This document shows, piece by piece, positions 44,021 through 53,156 of a stretch of 64,000 nt of DNA; position 1 is the stretch's first letter, and the number at the start of each line of letters is the position of its first letter. The notes beneath the pieces were generated by a model that searched no databases, was not told where the DNA came from, and worked only from the letters and a program-made list of their open reading frames with translations. This stretch comes from a virus (taxonomy: Duplodnaviria > Caudoviricetes). The position numbers and the translations under genes are program-made. Location: IMG/VR virus record IMGVR_UViG_3300032272_000008, positions 8,928-72,927 of that record. One strand, given 5' to 3'.

Positions 44021-44755
44021 ATGAGCAGATTCATCAGCTTAACTATTGACGGAGTTGACTACTCCATTGACGCGTCCAAGATTGCGTATATATCTGATGT
44101 CGGAGGCAGCAACGTCGGCTTAACTTTCAACACAGATAGATTCTATCGTCCTCTCAGTGAAGGAGGTTCTATTTCATCTCGTTGGACAGCTCAAGACGGT
44201 GCAAACATCGGACCTCTTCTACAATTTGTAGGAAGGGCTGATTCCTTCATTGCCACACATGGAGCGGCGTTTGCGGCGGCAGGATATCCATTCTTCAGAA
44301 TAACTGACAGAATGGTTACGTCACCAACTTCACAGGTCGTGAAATATTGCAACGCTGGTAATGTTGTTGCCGCATGGCTTGGAAGCCCTGGTGTGGTCAC
44401 TTGTACTGTCAATGATGCGCCCCTCAATGATCTTGGAGGCGTCCAAGACGTAAGCTACGTTCTCCAAGGTGGTGAGACATTGGCAGATTTCGTCATAAGT
44501 ATTTCCCCTGATGTCTCAGGTGGTGGTGCCTCTGCCGGTGTTCAAGTCATCAACTCTGGCGATGGCATGGTTGCTGTCAACAATGCGACTGGTCCGGTGG
44601 ACATTGAAAACAGCGGTGCAGGCGACACGACGGTCAACACGACCGGCGATGCAGCTCTCCTGAATACTGGTGGTGGCGTGGTCACGGTCAACAACGGTGA
44701 CAACGCGGCTGTCGAGAACTCAGGCACAGGCGACGTGACTGTCAACAACGCTTAA
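44021..44755 (+). CDS. Hypothetical protein with C-terminal Asn/Gly-rich repeats
   Basis: AGGAG RBS; repeats of xN(S/T)GxGxVxVNN. Confidence 0.7.
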   Translation: MSRFISLTIDGVDYSIDASKIAYISDVGGSNVGLTFNTDRFYRPLSEGGSISSRWTAQDGANIGPLLQFVGRADSFIATHGAAFAAAGYPFFRITDRMVTSPTSQVVKYCNAGNVVAAWLGSPGVVTCTVNDAPLNDLGGVQDVSYVLQGGETLADFVISISPDVSGGGASAGVQVINSGDGMVAVNNATGPVDIENSGAGDTTVNTTGDAALLNTGGGVVTVNNGDNAAVENSGTGDVTVNNA

Positions 44756-44788
44756 ACCTTGCAAGCGTACGACATCAAAACCTAACAG

Positions 44789-44820
44789 AAGGCCGGTGCT
44801 TCACAGCGTCGGCCTTTTCT
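44789..44820 (+). terminator. Rho-independent terminator
   Basis: AAGGCCG...CGGCCTTTT. Confidence 0.75.
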
Positions 44821-44910
44821 ATTTTGACGAGTTGTATTGACAACATTAAATTTACGTGTTAACTGACATGCTGAAGCCGCGAGGGTCGTGGTTATAAAAA
44901 CGGAGTTAGC

Positions 44911-45696
44911 ATGCCTGACATTTTCTTTGCGACGAAAGAAGAAGCCCCAGAGGGACTTCGAGAAACATTGGTAGCGGACGGAGAGCGGTTCAAGATCAAT
45001 GTGGTTCCCAACGCTAAACTGGTGGAATTTCGTGACAACAACACGAACCTGCTGAAAGAGCGTGACGTACTAAAGTCTACGGTCGATAAGCTTGCACCAG
45101 TCATCGGAGATGATCCTGACGCATTCTTGACGGAAGTGACTGAGCTTCGATCTACAGCGCAACTTGTTGCAGATGGTAAGCTCAAAGGGAATGAGACTAT
45201 CCAGAAGGAAGTCGATACCCGCGTAGCCGCGATGGAGAAGAACTACCAAGATCAGCTGAAAGAAGCTGGTCAGAAGGTTCAGAACCTGACGGAATACAGT
45301 CAGACAATGACTGCAAAATATCAGAACAGTGTACGCGATCGCGAGATCACCAACGCAGTTCTGGCAACCGAGTCTGGAGCAAACCCGACCGCACTGCCCG
45401 ACATCCTGTCGCGTGCCCAAGGAATTTTCCAGGTTCAAGAAGATGGTTCTCTCGTCGCCAAAGATGGCGAGACTGTAATTTATGGCGCGGATGGAACAGC
45501 TTCCATCACGCCAAATGAATGGCTTAACAAGTTGCTGGAAACAGCGCCTTATCTTGGTAAGTCGAGTGCCGGTGGCGGGGCTGCTGGTGAACGTGGTGAT
45601 GCGAAGTTTGGTGGTCTGTCTGAAAAGGCATTCAGCGAATTGACTCCGCAAAAGCGCATGGCATTGCATCGTGAGCAGCTAAAGAAGCGGGCTTAA
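44911..45696 (+). CDS. Capsid scaffolding protein
   Basis: Coiled coil, EFRDNN motif, C-terminal SAGGGA; directly upstream of the capsid gene. Confidence 0.8.
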   Translation: MPDIFFATKEEAPEGLRETLVADGERFKINVVPNAKLVEFRDNNTNLLKERDVLKSTVDKLAPVIGDDPDAFLTEVTELRSTAQLVADGKLKGNETIQKEVDTRVAAMEKNYQDQLKEAGQKVQNLTEYSQTMTAKYQNSVRDREITNAVLATESGANPTALPDILSRAQGIFQVQEDGSLVAKDGETVIYGADGTASITPNEWLNKLLETAPYLGKSSAGGGAAGERGDAKFGGLSEKAFSELTPQKRMALHREQLKKRA

Positions 45697-45761
45697 AAAA
45701 CCCAACTCTCTGCGAGTGATGCAGTAGTTTAAACAACCCCGCTCGTAGGAGGGCACTGCAC

Positions 45762-46706
45762 ATGGCCATTACCCTGGTCGAAGCTTCCAAACTGAATCCT
45801 GGTGACGTCGTTCGAAACGCTGTCATCGAAATGTTCGCTCGTTCGAGCGACATCCTTCGCGTTATGCCGTTCGAAGATATCCCAGGTGGTTCGTACCACT
45901 ACAATCAGGAAGGCTCGCTTCCAGGCGTTGCATTCCGTGGTGTCAACGAAGGCTATACGGAATCTGCTGGCGTCATCAATCCACAAGTCGAAGTTCTGCG
46001 CATTGCAGGCGGCGATCTGGACGTTGATAAAGCGATCCTGAAAATGCACGGCGACGGCGTCCGTAGCTCTCACGAGTCTATGAAGGTCAAAGCTCTGAGC
46101 CTCTTCTTGGCTAAGAAGATGATCAAAGGCGACTCCACCGCTGACGTCAAAGAATTCGACGGCCTGCAAAACCGGATCACCGGCTCGCAGCTCATCGAAG
46201 GCGAAGCCAATCAGACGGCAACGGATAGCGGTGGCCCGCTTTCATTGGGTTCACTTGATGCAGGCATCGACGCAGTCGATGATCCAACGCATTTGATCAT
46301 GTCAAAGGCTATGCGACGTCTCTTGACGGCAGCTGCGCGTACGACAACTGTTGGTGGATTTATCAGCTACGACGTTGATGAGTTCGGCAAGAAAGTCACC
46401 ATGTACAACGATCTGCCTATCTTGATCGCTGACCATGACGAAACGGGCGCACGTATCCTGGAGTTCAATGAAGCTTCGGGCCACGGCACACCGGGTAGTG
46501 TTTCTACAAGCATCTACACCGTCTCGTTTGGTGAGAACATGCTGACTGGTCTTCAGAATGGCATCATGGATGTCGAAGACCTCGGTGAAATCGATTCGAA
46601 GCCAGTCCTTCGGACTCGCGTCGATTGGTTGGTCGGTCTTGCAGCTCTGCATGGTCGTTCGGCTTCCCGCCTTCGTGGCATCACGAACGAAGCAGTCGCC
46701 GTATAA
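45762..46706 (+). CDS. Major capsid protein (HK97 fold)
   Basis: AVIEMF..SSDIL..MPF...YHYNQEG.LP.VAFR.VNE...GGDLDVD...EFDGLQNR. Confidence 0.9.
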   Translation: MAITLVEASKLNPGDVVRNAVIEMFARSSDILRVMPFEDIPGGSYHYNQEGSLPGVAFRGVNEGYTESAGVINPQVEVLRIAGGDLDVDKAILKMHGDGVRSSHESMKVKALSLFLAKKMIKGDSTADVKEFDGLQNRITGSQLIEGEANQTATDSGGPLSLGSLDAGIDAVDDPTHLIMSKAMRRLLTAAARTTTVGGFISYDVDEFGKKVTMYNDLPILIADHDETGARILEFNEASGHGTPGSVSTSIYTVSFGENMLTGLQNGIMDVEDLGEIDSKPVLRTRVDWLVGLAALHGRSASRLRGITNEAVAV

Positions 46707-46798
46707 GGAAATTAGGTTGTGGCCTAGTCTTGGAGACAAGACGTTAGGACACAGCCTAACCTTTCTCAACACAAACCCTTTGATAGGAGAAAAATCTC

Positions 46799-47278
46799 AT
46801 GGGTGTTAATGCAAGTGCCGTAAAATACGGCTTCGATACTGATGCTTCGGTTGAACTCCGGGACATCACTGACGGTGCGGAAACGCACGCAACTGGTGCA
46901 ACGGTCACTGAAGCAGCTATCTCGCTCAACGAGCTTGATGCAGCCTATTGGCATGACAATGAAATCCCATATGGGGTTCTCGCTATCGCTGTGAACGTGT
47001 CAGCCGCATCAGACACCATCGGCGACGAAGTGTACGCGCTCGAACTGATCGTTGATGACGTCGTCACTGTCGATGACACGCCTACGGTTGTTGCCACTAT
47101 GGCAGTTCCTCGCGGCGTTACTGGCATCTACTATATGTATGTAGACGCCCGTACAATCGAACTCGTCGATCAGGAAACATCTGGTACTGATAAGTGGATG
47201 GCCATTCGGACAACTTTCTCTGGTGCTACCAATCCGTCGATCACATACGGTGCATGGATCGCGAAATCCCTCCGCTAA
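46799..47278 (+). CDS. Probable capsid decoration protein
   Basis: Beta-rich protein directly after the capsid gene. Confidence 0.55.
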   Translation: MGVNASAVKYGFDTDASVELRDITDGAETHATGATVTEAAISLNELDAAYWHDNEIPYGVLAIAVNVSAASDTIGDEVYALELIVDDVVTVDDTPTVVATMAVPRGVTGIYYMYVDARTIELVDQETSGTDKWMAIRTTFSGATNPSITYGAWIAKSLR

Positions 47279-47297
47279 GTCAGCGGACACGAAAATG

Positions 47298-47323
47298 AGA
47301 GCAGGGGAAACCCTGCTCTTTTT
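47298..47323 (+). terminator. Rho-independent terminator
   Basis: AGAGCAGGG-GAAA-CCCTGCTCT-TTTT. Confidence 0.85.
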
Positions 47324-47343
47324 CCCTCACATAACATTCAAGG

Positions 47344-47826
47344 ATGCCTGACATGTCGGTTACCCCTCCTGGCCTAAAATCGTGGCCTGCCTCTACTATC
47401 GGAAAAGCTACTTCACCTGAAATCGCCGGTGGTCACAGATCAAAAGGCCCCGGTTGGGTCAAGATGCGAATTCGCGGTGGTGATGTCATCGACGTTCACA
47501 CAGATTCTATCCGAGACGTCATACGTCATCATGGCGGTGTGGTGGTCAACTCCAAAGGTAAGGATGCTTCAGCCGCTGTTGAAACACCTGAAGTCAGTGA
47601 AACTAATGGCAGCTCGCCAGTAGAGTTTGTTGAAACAGCTGAGGTCAAAGAGCCGAACGAGCTGGACGACCTTCGTGCTGAATACACGAAACGATCTGGC
47701 AAGGACTGGAATAAGCAGTGGGGCAAACGCGTCCTTGAGAACAAGATCAAAGACCTCGACCCGCAGCCGTCAGATAATCCCGGCGATATTGTCGAAACAG
47801 TTTCTCCTGTCGAAGGTGACGAATAG
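47344..47826 (+). CDS. Hypothetical protein
   Basis: C-terminal LRAEY...G...WG...LENKI pattern. Confidence 0.65.
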   Translation: MPDMSVTPPGLKSWPASTIGKATSPEIAGGHRSKGPGWVKMRIRGGDVIDVHTDSIRDVIRHHGGVVVNSKGKDASAAVETPEVSETNGSSPVEFVETAEVKEPNELDDLRAEYTKRSGKDWNKQWGKRVLENKIKDLDPQPSDNPGDIVETVSPVEGDE

Positions 47827-47850
47827 TCTCGCGACGACATAGACGAAGAG

Positions 47851-47876
47851 AGCCTCCGCCAAGTGCGGGGGCTTTT
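47851..47876 (+). terminator. Rho-independent terminator
   Basis: AGCCTCCGC-CAAGT-GCGGGGGCT-TTT. Confidence 0.75.
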
Positions 47877-47940
47877 CTGTAATTGACCTCTCCGCGCGGG
47901 GCGCGTACTATGAATTCAGACCCACTAGGAGAACCGGATC

Positions 47941-48462
47941 ATGGCCTTCACCTTCGTCGTCGAAGACGGCACAAATCTCGCCACTGCTACCAGCTACGTT
48001 TCTGTAGCTGCGGCGGACGACTACTTTGAAATCGACCGACCATTCACTGCGACGTGGACGGCGTTGTCCACTACCGAAAAAGAATATCGGTTGGCCTGGG
48101 CCACCCGCGTCCTTGATCAGAAGGTCAAGTGGAACGGCACCAAGGACACCGAAACGCAGGCACTCGAATGGCCGCGCGACAGTGTGTACGATCGCAACGG
48201 CGTTGCCATCGACGATGATGAGATTCCAGAACAACTGGCCGAGGCCACCTTCGAACTCGCGAAGTATCTCAACGCCGAAGATCCTATCTCAGGCGCAGGC
48301 GTGGACTTCATCTCAGAAATTGTTCTCGATGTTCTTGAGATCAAATACCAGGAAGGCACGAGCCAATCGTCTTTCCCGAACGTGCTCAACTCGCTGCTGC
48401 GCGGCCTCGGCCACTACCCGGTCCCAGGCACCTTCAGCTTCAATCGAATCAGCAAGGCGTAA
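47941..48462 (+). CDS. Head-tail adaptor (DnaT-like family)
   Basis: FVVEDGT...SYVSVAAADDYF...QALEWPR...IPEQLAEATFELA. Confidence 0.85.
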   Translation: MAFTFVVEDGTNLATATSYVSVAAADDYFEIDRPFTATWTALSTTEKEYRLAWATRVLDQKVKWNGTKDTETQALEWPRDSVYDRNGVAIDDDEIPEQLAEATFELAKYLNAEDPISGAGVDFISEIVLDVLEIKYQEGTSQSSFPNVLNSLLRGLGHYPVPGTFSFNRISKA

Positions 48463-48465
48463 GTT

Positions 48466-48828
48466 ATGGGACTGACAGCAACACTTCGCTCTGCAATGGT
48501 CTCAGCCATTGCAGCGGCTGGCGACACCGCCACGGAGATCACGTATAACAGCGTGGTCCTCGGAACGTATGATGCTGCCACTGACACCATTCCTGAAACG
48601 CTGACCTCGACCACGTTCACGACCTTTGTCTATGCATTGACCGACGCTGAAGTGGATTGGTTCCAAGGCGACATTTCGATGCAAAAAGTCATCATCAATC
48701 CTGACGACATTGGCGTGACTCCGAAGGCCGAAGACCACATCACGATCGGTGGCGCTCGCTGGGACGTGGCAAGATGGAAAGCCTTCCCTGGCAACGTCGG
48801 CTACATCGTTTTCGTGAGGAAAACGTAA
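48466..48828 (+). CDS. Head closure protein
   Basis: Position; GTYDAATD...PKAEDHITIGG. Confidence 0.7.
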   Translation: MGLTATLRSAMVSAIAAAGDTATEITYNSVVLGTYDAATDTIPETLTSTTFTTFVYALTDAEVDWFQGDISMQKVIINPDDIGVTPKAEDHITIGGARWDVARWKAFPGNVGYIVFVRKT

Positions 48829-49331
48829 TGTCTGTGAAATTTGCTGGTGTGTCTGCTGAGATGAAACGCATCAAAGCAGAGATCAAAGACCACACCAAAA
48901 TCATCAAGCAGAAAGCAAGCATAGGCATTCAAGCTGGTGCTAGAGCTGCAATGGCTGCGACACCTGTGTTCTCGGGTGCGGCTGTCCGTAACTACCATCT
49001 TGGCGTGGGGACTGTACCGACGCGACAAGTGACGCCGGTTGGCGGACACATTCCTTGGCCAGCGCGTGACGGCATACCTGAAGACGCAAAGAACGAACGC
49101 CGACGCGGTGCGAACGAAGCTGCGGCGCTTGGCGCAATCTCTGGAAAACTTGCTGGTTTCGTTGCCATGAAGAAACTGCCCAAGATGCTTGTGTTGAAAA
49201 ATACATCGGACATCGCAGGACTCATCGATAGTGGCAGCGCGCCGACGGCGTCCCGGTCACGTTATTCAGGCGGCGTGGGTATCCTCATGCAGCAAACAGT
49301 ACGATCGGCTTCAGGAGGGACGCTCAAATGA
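48828..49331 (+). CDS. Neck/tail completion protein (HK97 gp10-like)
   Basis: TPVFSGAAVRNY motif; position. Confidence 0.7.
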   Translation: MSVKFAGVSAEMKRIKAEIKDHTKIIKQKASIGIQAGARAAMAATPVFSGAAVRNYHLGVGTVPTRQVTPVGGHIPWPARDGIPEDAKNERRRGANEAAALGAISGKLAGFVAMKKLPKMLVLKNTSDIAGLIDSGSAPTASRSRYSGGVGILMQQTVRSASGGTLK

Positions 49332-49756
49332 CGGGCATGGTAGATGTAGAAGACACACTGCGACAGCTGTTTGCCAGCTCGTTTGCGGCTGCACAGCCTA
49401 CAGTCGGCGTGTACTACGAGAACCAGCCGCGCGACAACAACGATCGTGAGCATTGGATTCAGTTCAATATCATGATGGGAGAACTTCGACGCGCGGACAT
49501 CGGCAGCAATAAAAACTTTCGCCAGATGGGTGCGGTCGTTGTCCAGGTCATGGCACCTGAGAACACCGGCACGCGCACGTCCAAAGGCATTGCTGACTCT
49601 GTGGTCGCCGTATTAACCGATCAGACACTTTCCATACCCGGTGGTGGACAAGTCGTGCTATATGGGGTAAACGTATCGAACCGAGGGGTTATCAATGGGT
49701 GGCATTCGTATGCTGTCCAGTGTGAATTCCGCGCCGACTATCAAATCATAAGATAA
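49328..49756 (+). CDS. Tail terminator protein
   Basis: VYYENQP...WIQF...GAVVVQVMAP..TGT; position before the tail tube. Confidence 0.75.
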   Translation: MTGMVDVEDTLRQLFASSFAAAQPTVGVYYENQPRDNNDREHWIQFNIMMGELRRADIGSNKNFRQMGAVVVQVMAPENTGTRTSKGIADSVVAVLTDQTLSIPGGGQVVLYGVNVSNRGVINGWHSYAVQCEFRADYQIIR

Positions 49757-49767
49757 GGAGTTTCAAC

Positions 49768-50175
49768 ATGTGGAAAGATTTTGTAGATACCTTGGACGCC
49801 ATTGCGCCTCGCGCGATGATCATCGCACTTGCCATCGGCGCACTGCTCGCGCTCGGGACTTTACCGGCTAAATCAAACGATGTGGTTGCTAGGGAAATTC
49901 CTACCACAATGCTCTGCATGTCTATCGCGCAATTTTTTCCTAAGCTGGGTTCATATGACGTGGACGTCGTTGCTGACGGAAAAGTTGATGATAGAAACCA
50001 AATGCAAATTGCGATCGAACGCAAAACAGGAATTTTTCATCTCTACATTATCAATCAAGACAACGATATAGCTTGTCTTTTGGGGCTTGGAGATAGCTTG
50101 ACTATCCTGAAAGACAAGATTCGTATCCCGCTTCCACCTAAAAAAGCGAAGAAATTGGGTCCTAATGACCTCTAA
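49768..50175 (+). CDS. Secreted/membrane hypothetical protein inserted in the tail operon
   Basis: Signal-like N-terminus, two Cys, lower GC. Confidence 0.65.
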   Translation: MWKDFVDTLDAIAPRAMIIALAIGALLALGTLPAKSNDVVAREIPTTMLCMSIAQFFPKLGSYDVDVVADGKVDDRNQMQIAIERKTGIFHLYIINQDNDIACLLGLGDSLTILKDKIRIPLPPKKAKKLGPNDL

Positions 50176-50280
50176 GATTGACGTAGGCTTCGGTCTGTGT
50201 TAACGACAGTGTAGAAAACAAATGCTGCCGGGGGCAGTTGATAGGCAGTCCAGCCTGATCTCTCAACAGGAGCCCTCGTA

Positions 50281-52101
50281 ATGACGTTGAATGCAGCCGA
50301 ATCCAATCGCGTTGCCGTGTACTTTATTCCAGAAGTCACTTGGGGTGTTACCCCAACTTCTGGTGAAGTCCGGCTCGCGCGTATCACATCCTCTTCCATC
50401 GTGGCCTCGAAAGAAACCGAGACCTCTCAAGAAATTCGCGCTGACCGCATGGTCCCAAGCGTCATCGAAGTGTCTGCTGCGACGAGCGGCGACATCGAAG
50501 GCGAAATGAGCGCAGGCACGTACGACACCTTCTTCCAACAGTTCTTGCTTGGCGCATGGACAAAGGCGATGAAGCACTGGCGTATCAAAGGTACGTCCGT
50601 CACAATCACAGGCGTATCGGAAATCACGATTGCGGGTGTGGATTGGACTGACTACTTCACGTCTGGGCAGATCATCAAGCTCGAAGGTTTTGTCGAACCA
50701 GAAAACAATGGATACTTCACACTGAGCACAGGCACGCCGCCTGCATTCGGTACAGACACCGTATTGACTGTTGACGAAACATCCCTCGTCACTGTCGCTA
50801 CAGGTCTCTCAAGTCACGTCGTAATGGATGCAGCAGACGTCATCGACGTAAGCTCTGCGATTGTGTTCGGATCGTCCAATGACGTTTCCGTAGTCACTTC
50901 GACAGCAGACATGGTGGTCGGACAAAAAGTCTACATGGAAGGCATGGACAAAGAGACTGGCACGATCACTACAGTCATCACGACTGATCCTGTTGATGGT
51001 GAAATCATTACGGTCAGCGACGGGACATCGACAATCGTGTATGAGCTTCACTCTGTTGAAGCTTCAGTCACGGCAGGCAACATATACGTCAACAACAACG
51101 CTGACGAAGCTACACTCGCAGGTCTCATCGAAGCGGCGATCAACGCACAGTTTGCAGCTGGAAACAGTAAGGTATCCGCTACCGTAGCTGGCCTTGTTGT
51201 GACGCTCCAGAATAACGCAACATCTGGCGGTTCGATCACCACTGACGTGCTGTCTACAGCTGTTGCAGTTGTTGACTTCACTGGTGGTGTTGCTGGTAAC
51301 GCTGGGTTCTTTACTGTCGCTTCGATTGACAGCGCAACAGCTTTTACCGTTGAAGAAACACTCACTGCGGCAAGTGCTGGTCCGACTGTCGTCATCAAAG
51401 GTTCGCACTTGCGTAACCCTGGTACGGTCGCTGACATTACCAAGCAGTCGATGTCTATGCTGACCTCGTTCACCGACGTGACCAAGAAATTGATCCACGA
51501 CGGTCTGCGTGTTTCAACATTCTCTTTGACCGTCGAAGCCGGTTCGCTTCTCTCTGCAACCTTTGGCTTCATGGGTTCTGAAACAGCTACGACGACAACG
51601 AATTCTGCGAAAGATCTCAGTGGCACAGGCTTTACGGTTCTGGATACGACGCCAACCGAAGTCATGAACGCGACGGACAACGTCGGCACTGTTTTGCATA
51701 ACGGTGCTGCCCTGTCCACGAGCGTTATGTCGATTGAGCTTAGTGGTGACAACGCGCTGCGTGAGCAGAAAGCTGTTGGCAACAAGTTTGCTGCGGGCAT
51801 TGGTTATGGGCGGTTCTCGATGGAAGGCGCGCTCACAGCGTACTTCCAAGACTTCACGCTCTACGATGCATTCATCAACCACACGACAGCATCGATCGAG
51901 TTCCCGATCACAGACGCGGATAACTATCACATGATTTTCCGCATCCCTTCTGTGAAGTTCACATCTGATCCGATCGCTCCCGGTGGTATCGATGAAGACA
52001 TCATGGAGGAAATCGAGTTCACCGCACAGCGTGACGCTACGTTGAACACGATGATGATGATCGATCGGTTCTCTTCTATCCTGCCGTTCGCGGCAGCATA
52101 A
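50281..52101 (+). CDS. Major tail tube protein with large inserted domain
   Basis: YFIPEVTWGVTP...SQEIRADR N-terminus and VGNKFAAGIGYGRF..EG...YFQD C-terminus. Confidence 0.88.
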   Translation: MTLNAAESNRVAVYFIPEVTWGVTPTSGEVRLARITSSSIVASKETETSQEIRADRMVPSVIEVSAATSGDIEGEMSAGTYDTFFQQFLLGAWTKAMKHWRIKGTSVTITGVSEITIAGVDWTDYFTSGQIIKLEGFVEPENNGYFTLSTGTPPAFGTDTVLTVDETSLVTVATGLSSHVVMDAADVIDVSSAIVFGSSNDVSVVTSTADMVVGQKVYMEGMDKETGTITTVITTDPVDGEIITVSDGTSTIVYELHSVEASVTAGNIYVNNNADEATLAGLIEAAINAQFAAGNSKVSATVAGLVVTLQNNATSGGSITTDVLSTAVAVVDFTGGVAGNAGFFTVASIDSATAFTVEETLTAASAGPTVVIKGSHLRNPGTVADITKQSMSMLTSFTDVTKKLIHDGLRVSTFSLTVEAGSLLSATFGFMGSETATTTTNSAKDLSGTGFTVLDTTPTEVMNATDNVGTVLHNGAALSTSVMSIELSGDNALREQKAVGNKFAAGIGYGRFSMEGALTAYFQDFTLYDAFINHTTASIEFPITDADNYHMIFRIPSVKFTSDPIAPGGIDEDIMEEIEFTAQRDATLNTMMMIDRFSSILPFAAA

Positions 52102-52219
52102 CGAATCTGGCATCTCCGTTAACCCCCACGGTAGCGCCAGTAAGGTCCAGTCGCGAAGTCAGGCGCGCGACTGGGCCACCTTTTTCTTCAACGCCTGACA
52201 CAACATGGAAGCCTGACAC

Positions 52220-52705
52220 ATGACGAAAAAAGCTACTGACGAATTCAAATCCCCCTTGGCCGATGACGAAGACGGCGAAGGTATGGCACCTCTGTCCATT
52301 TTTGATATCTGCGAAACAGATACGCAAGCCGAAGAAAATGGCAAGTGGTTCAAGGACATCTTCAAAGACGAATCCAACATCGATCTAAAGCTGCGCCGAC
52401 TGACTTCAAAAGAGTCTGTCAAGGTTCGCCGACGCTTGGACAAACAGTTCAAGGGCAAGCAGCAGCGCGATGGTACGTATGATGATGACACCGCAACGGC
52501 GATCATGGTCAAACAGATGGCGCACGCCGTCATTGTCGATTGGACAAACATACGCGATCGGGACAGAACGGAAATTCCATTCTCGCCGGAAGCCGCTGAA
52601 AAGCTGATGACGTTGTTGCCGACATTCCGTGATGTCGTTCTGGTCTATGCAAACGACATGGACAATTTCCGCATCACCGCATCGGATGAAGTTGAAAAAA
52701 ACTAA
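52220..52705 (+). CDS. Tail assembly chaperone (gpG-like)
   Basis: Position; DWTNI...IPFSPEAAEKL; ends EKN* on a slippery site. Confidence 0.85.
   Translation: MTKKATDEFKSPLADDEDGEGMAPLSIFDICETDTQAEENGKWFKDIFKDESNIDLKLRRLTSKESVKVRRRLDKQFKGKQQRDGTYDDDTATAIMVKQMAHAVIVDWTNIRDRDRTEIPFSPEAAEKLMTLLPTFRDVVLVYANDMDNFRITASDEVEKN
52696..52702 (+). other. -1 programmed ribosomal frameshift heptamer A AAA AAC
   Basis: A -1 shift enters the frame of ORF 52711-53085. Confidence 0.8.
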
Positions 52706-52710
52706 CAGAG

Positions 52711-53085
52711 GTGCTTGAATGGCAGCTGAAGAACAGCAAAAAGTTCAAGCACCTGGAAGCCTTCATCAAGCAAAAAGAAGCAGGCCTGCGTGTTCCTTTC
52801 TTGGACAACGTGCCTGAAATCCACCCGCACAACCGTTGGATCATGCGTGGGTACGAATTGCTGTCCTCTCAGCGGCTGAAAGACCAACAACGGCCACAAC
52901 CTATCCAGATCTCCGAGATTGCCGCCTACGTGGCCTTCGTGGGGACTATGGACGAAGCGGACAGAGAAGACTTTATGCGTATCGTCTGTAAGCTGGACGG
53001 CATCACGATGGACTTCGTTCAGAGTCAAATCAATGCTGAAAACCGCAAACAGCGCACGAAATCTGGAAAAAAGGGCGGCAGATAA
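52711..53085 (+). CDS. Tail assembly chaperone C-terminal extension (gpT-like)
   Basis: W..GYELLSSQR...PQPIQISEIAAY pattern; -1 frame of the upstream gene. Confidence 0.8.
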   Translation: MLEWQLKNSKKFKHLEAFIKQKEAGLRVPFLDNVPEIHPHNRWIMRGYELLSSQRLKDQQRPQPIQISEIAAYVAFVGTMDEADREDFMRIVCKLDGITMDFVQSQINAENRKQRTKSGKKGGR

Positions 53086-53156
53086 GGCATCTTGTCTTGC
53101 TGCCCTTTCCGTGATACGTTGGCCCACTTGTACCTACAACCATCTCGGGAAAAGCT

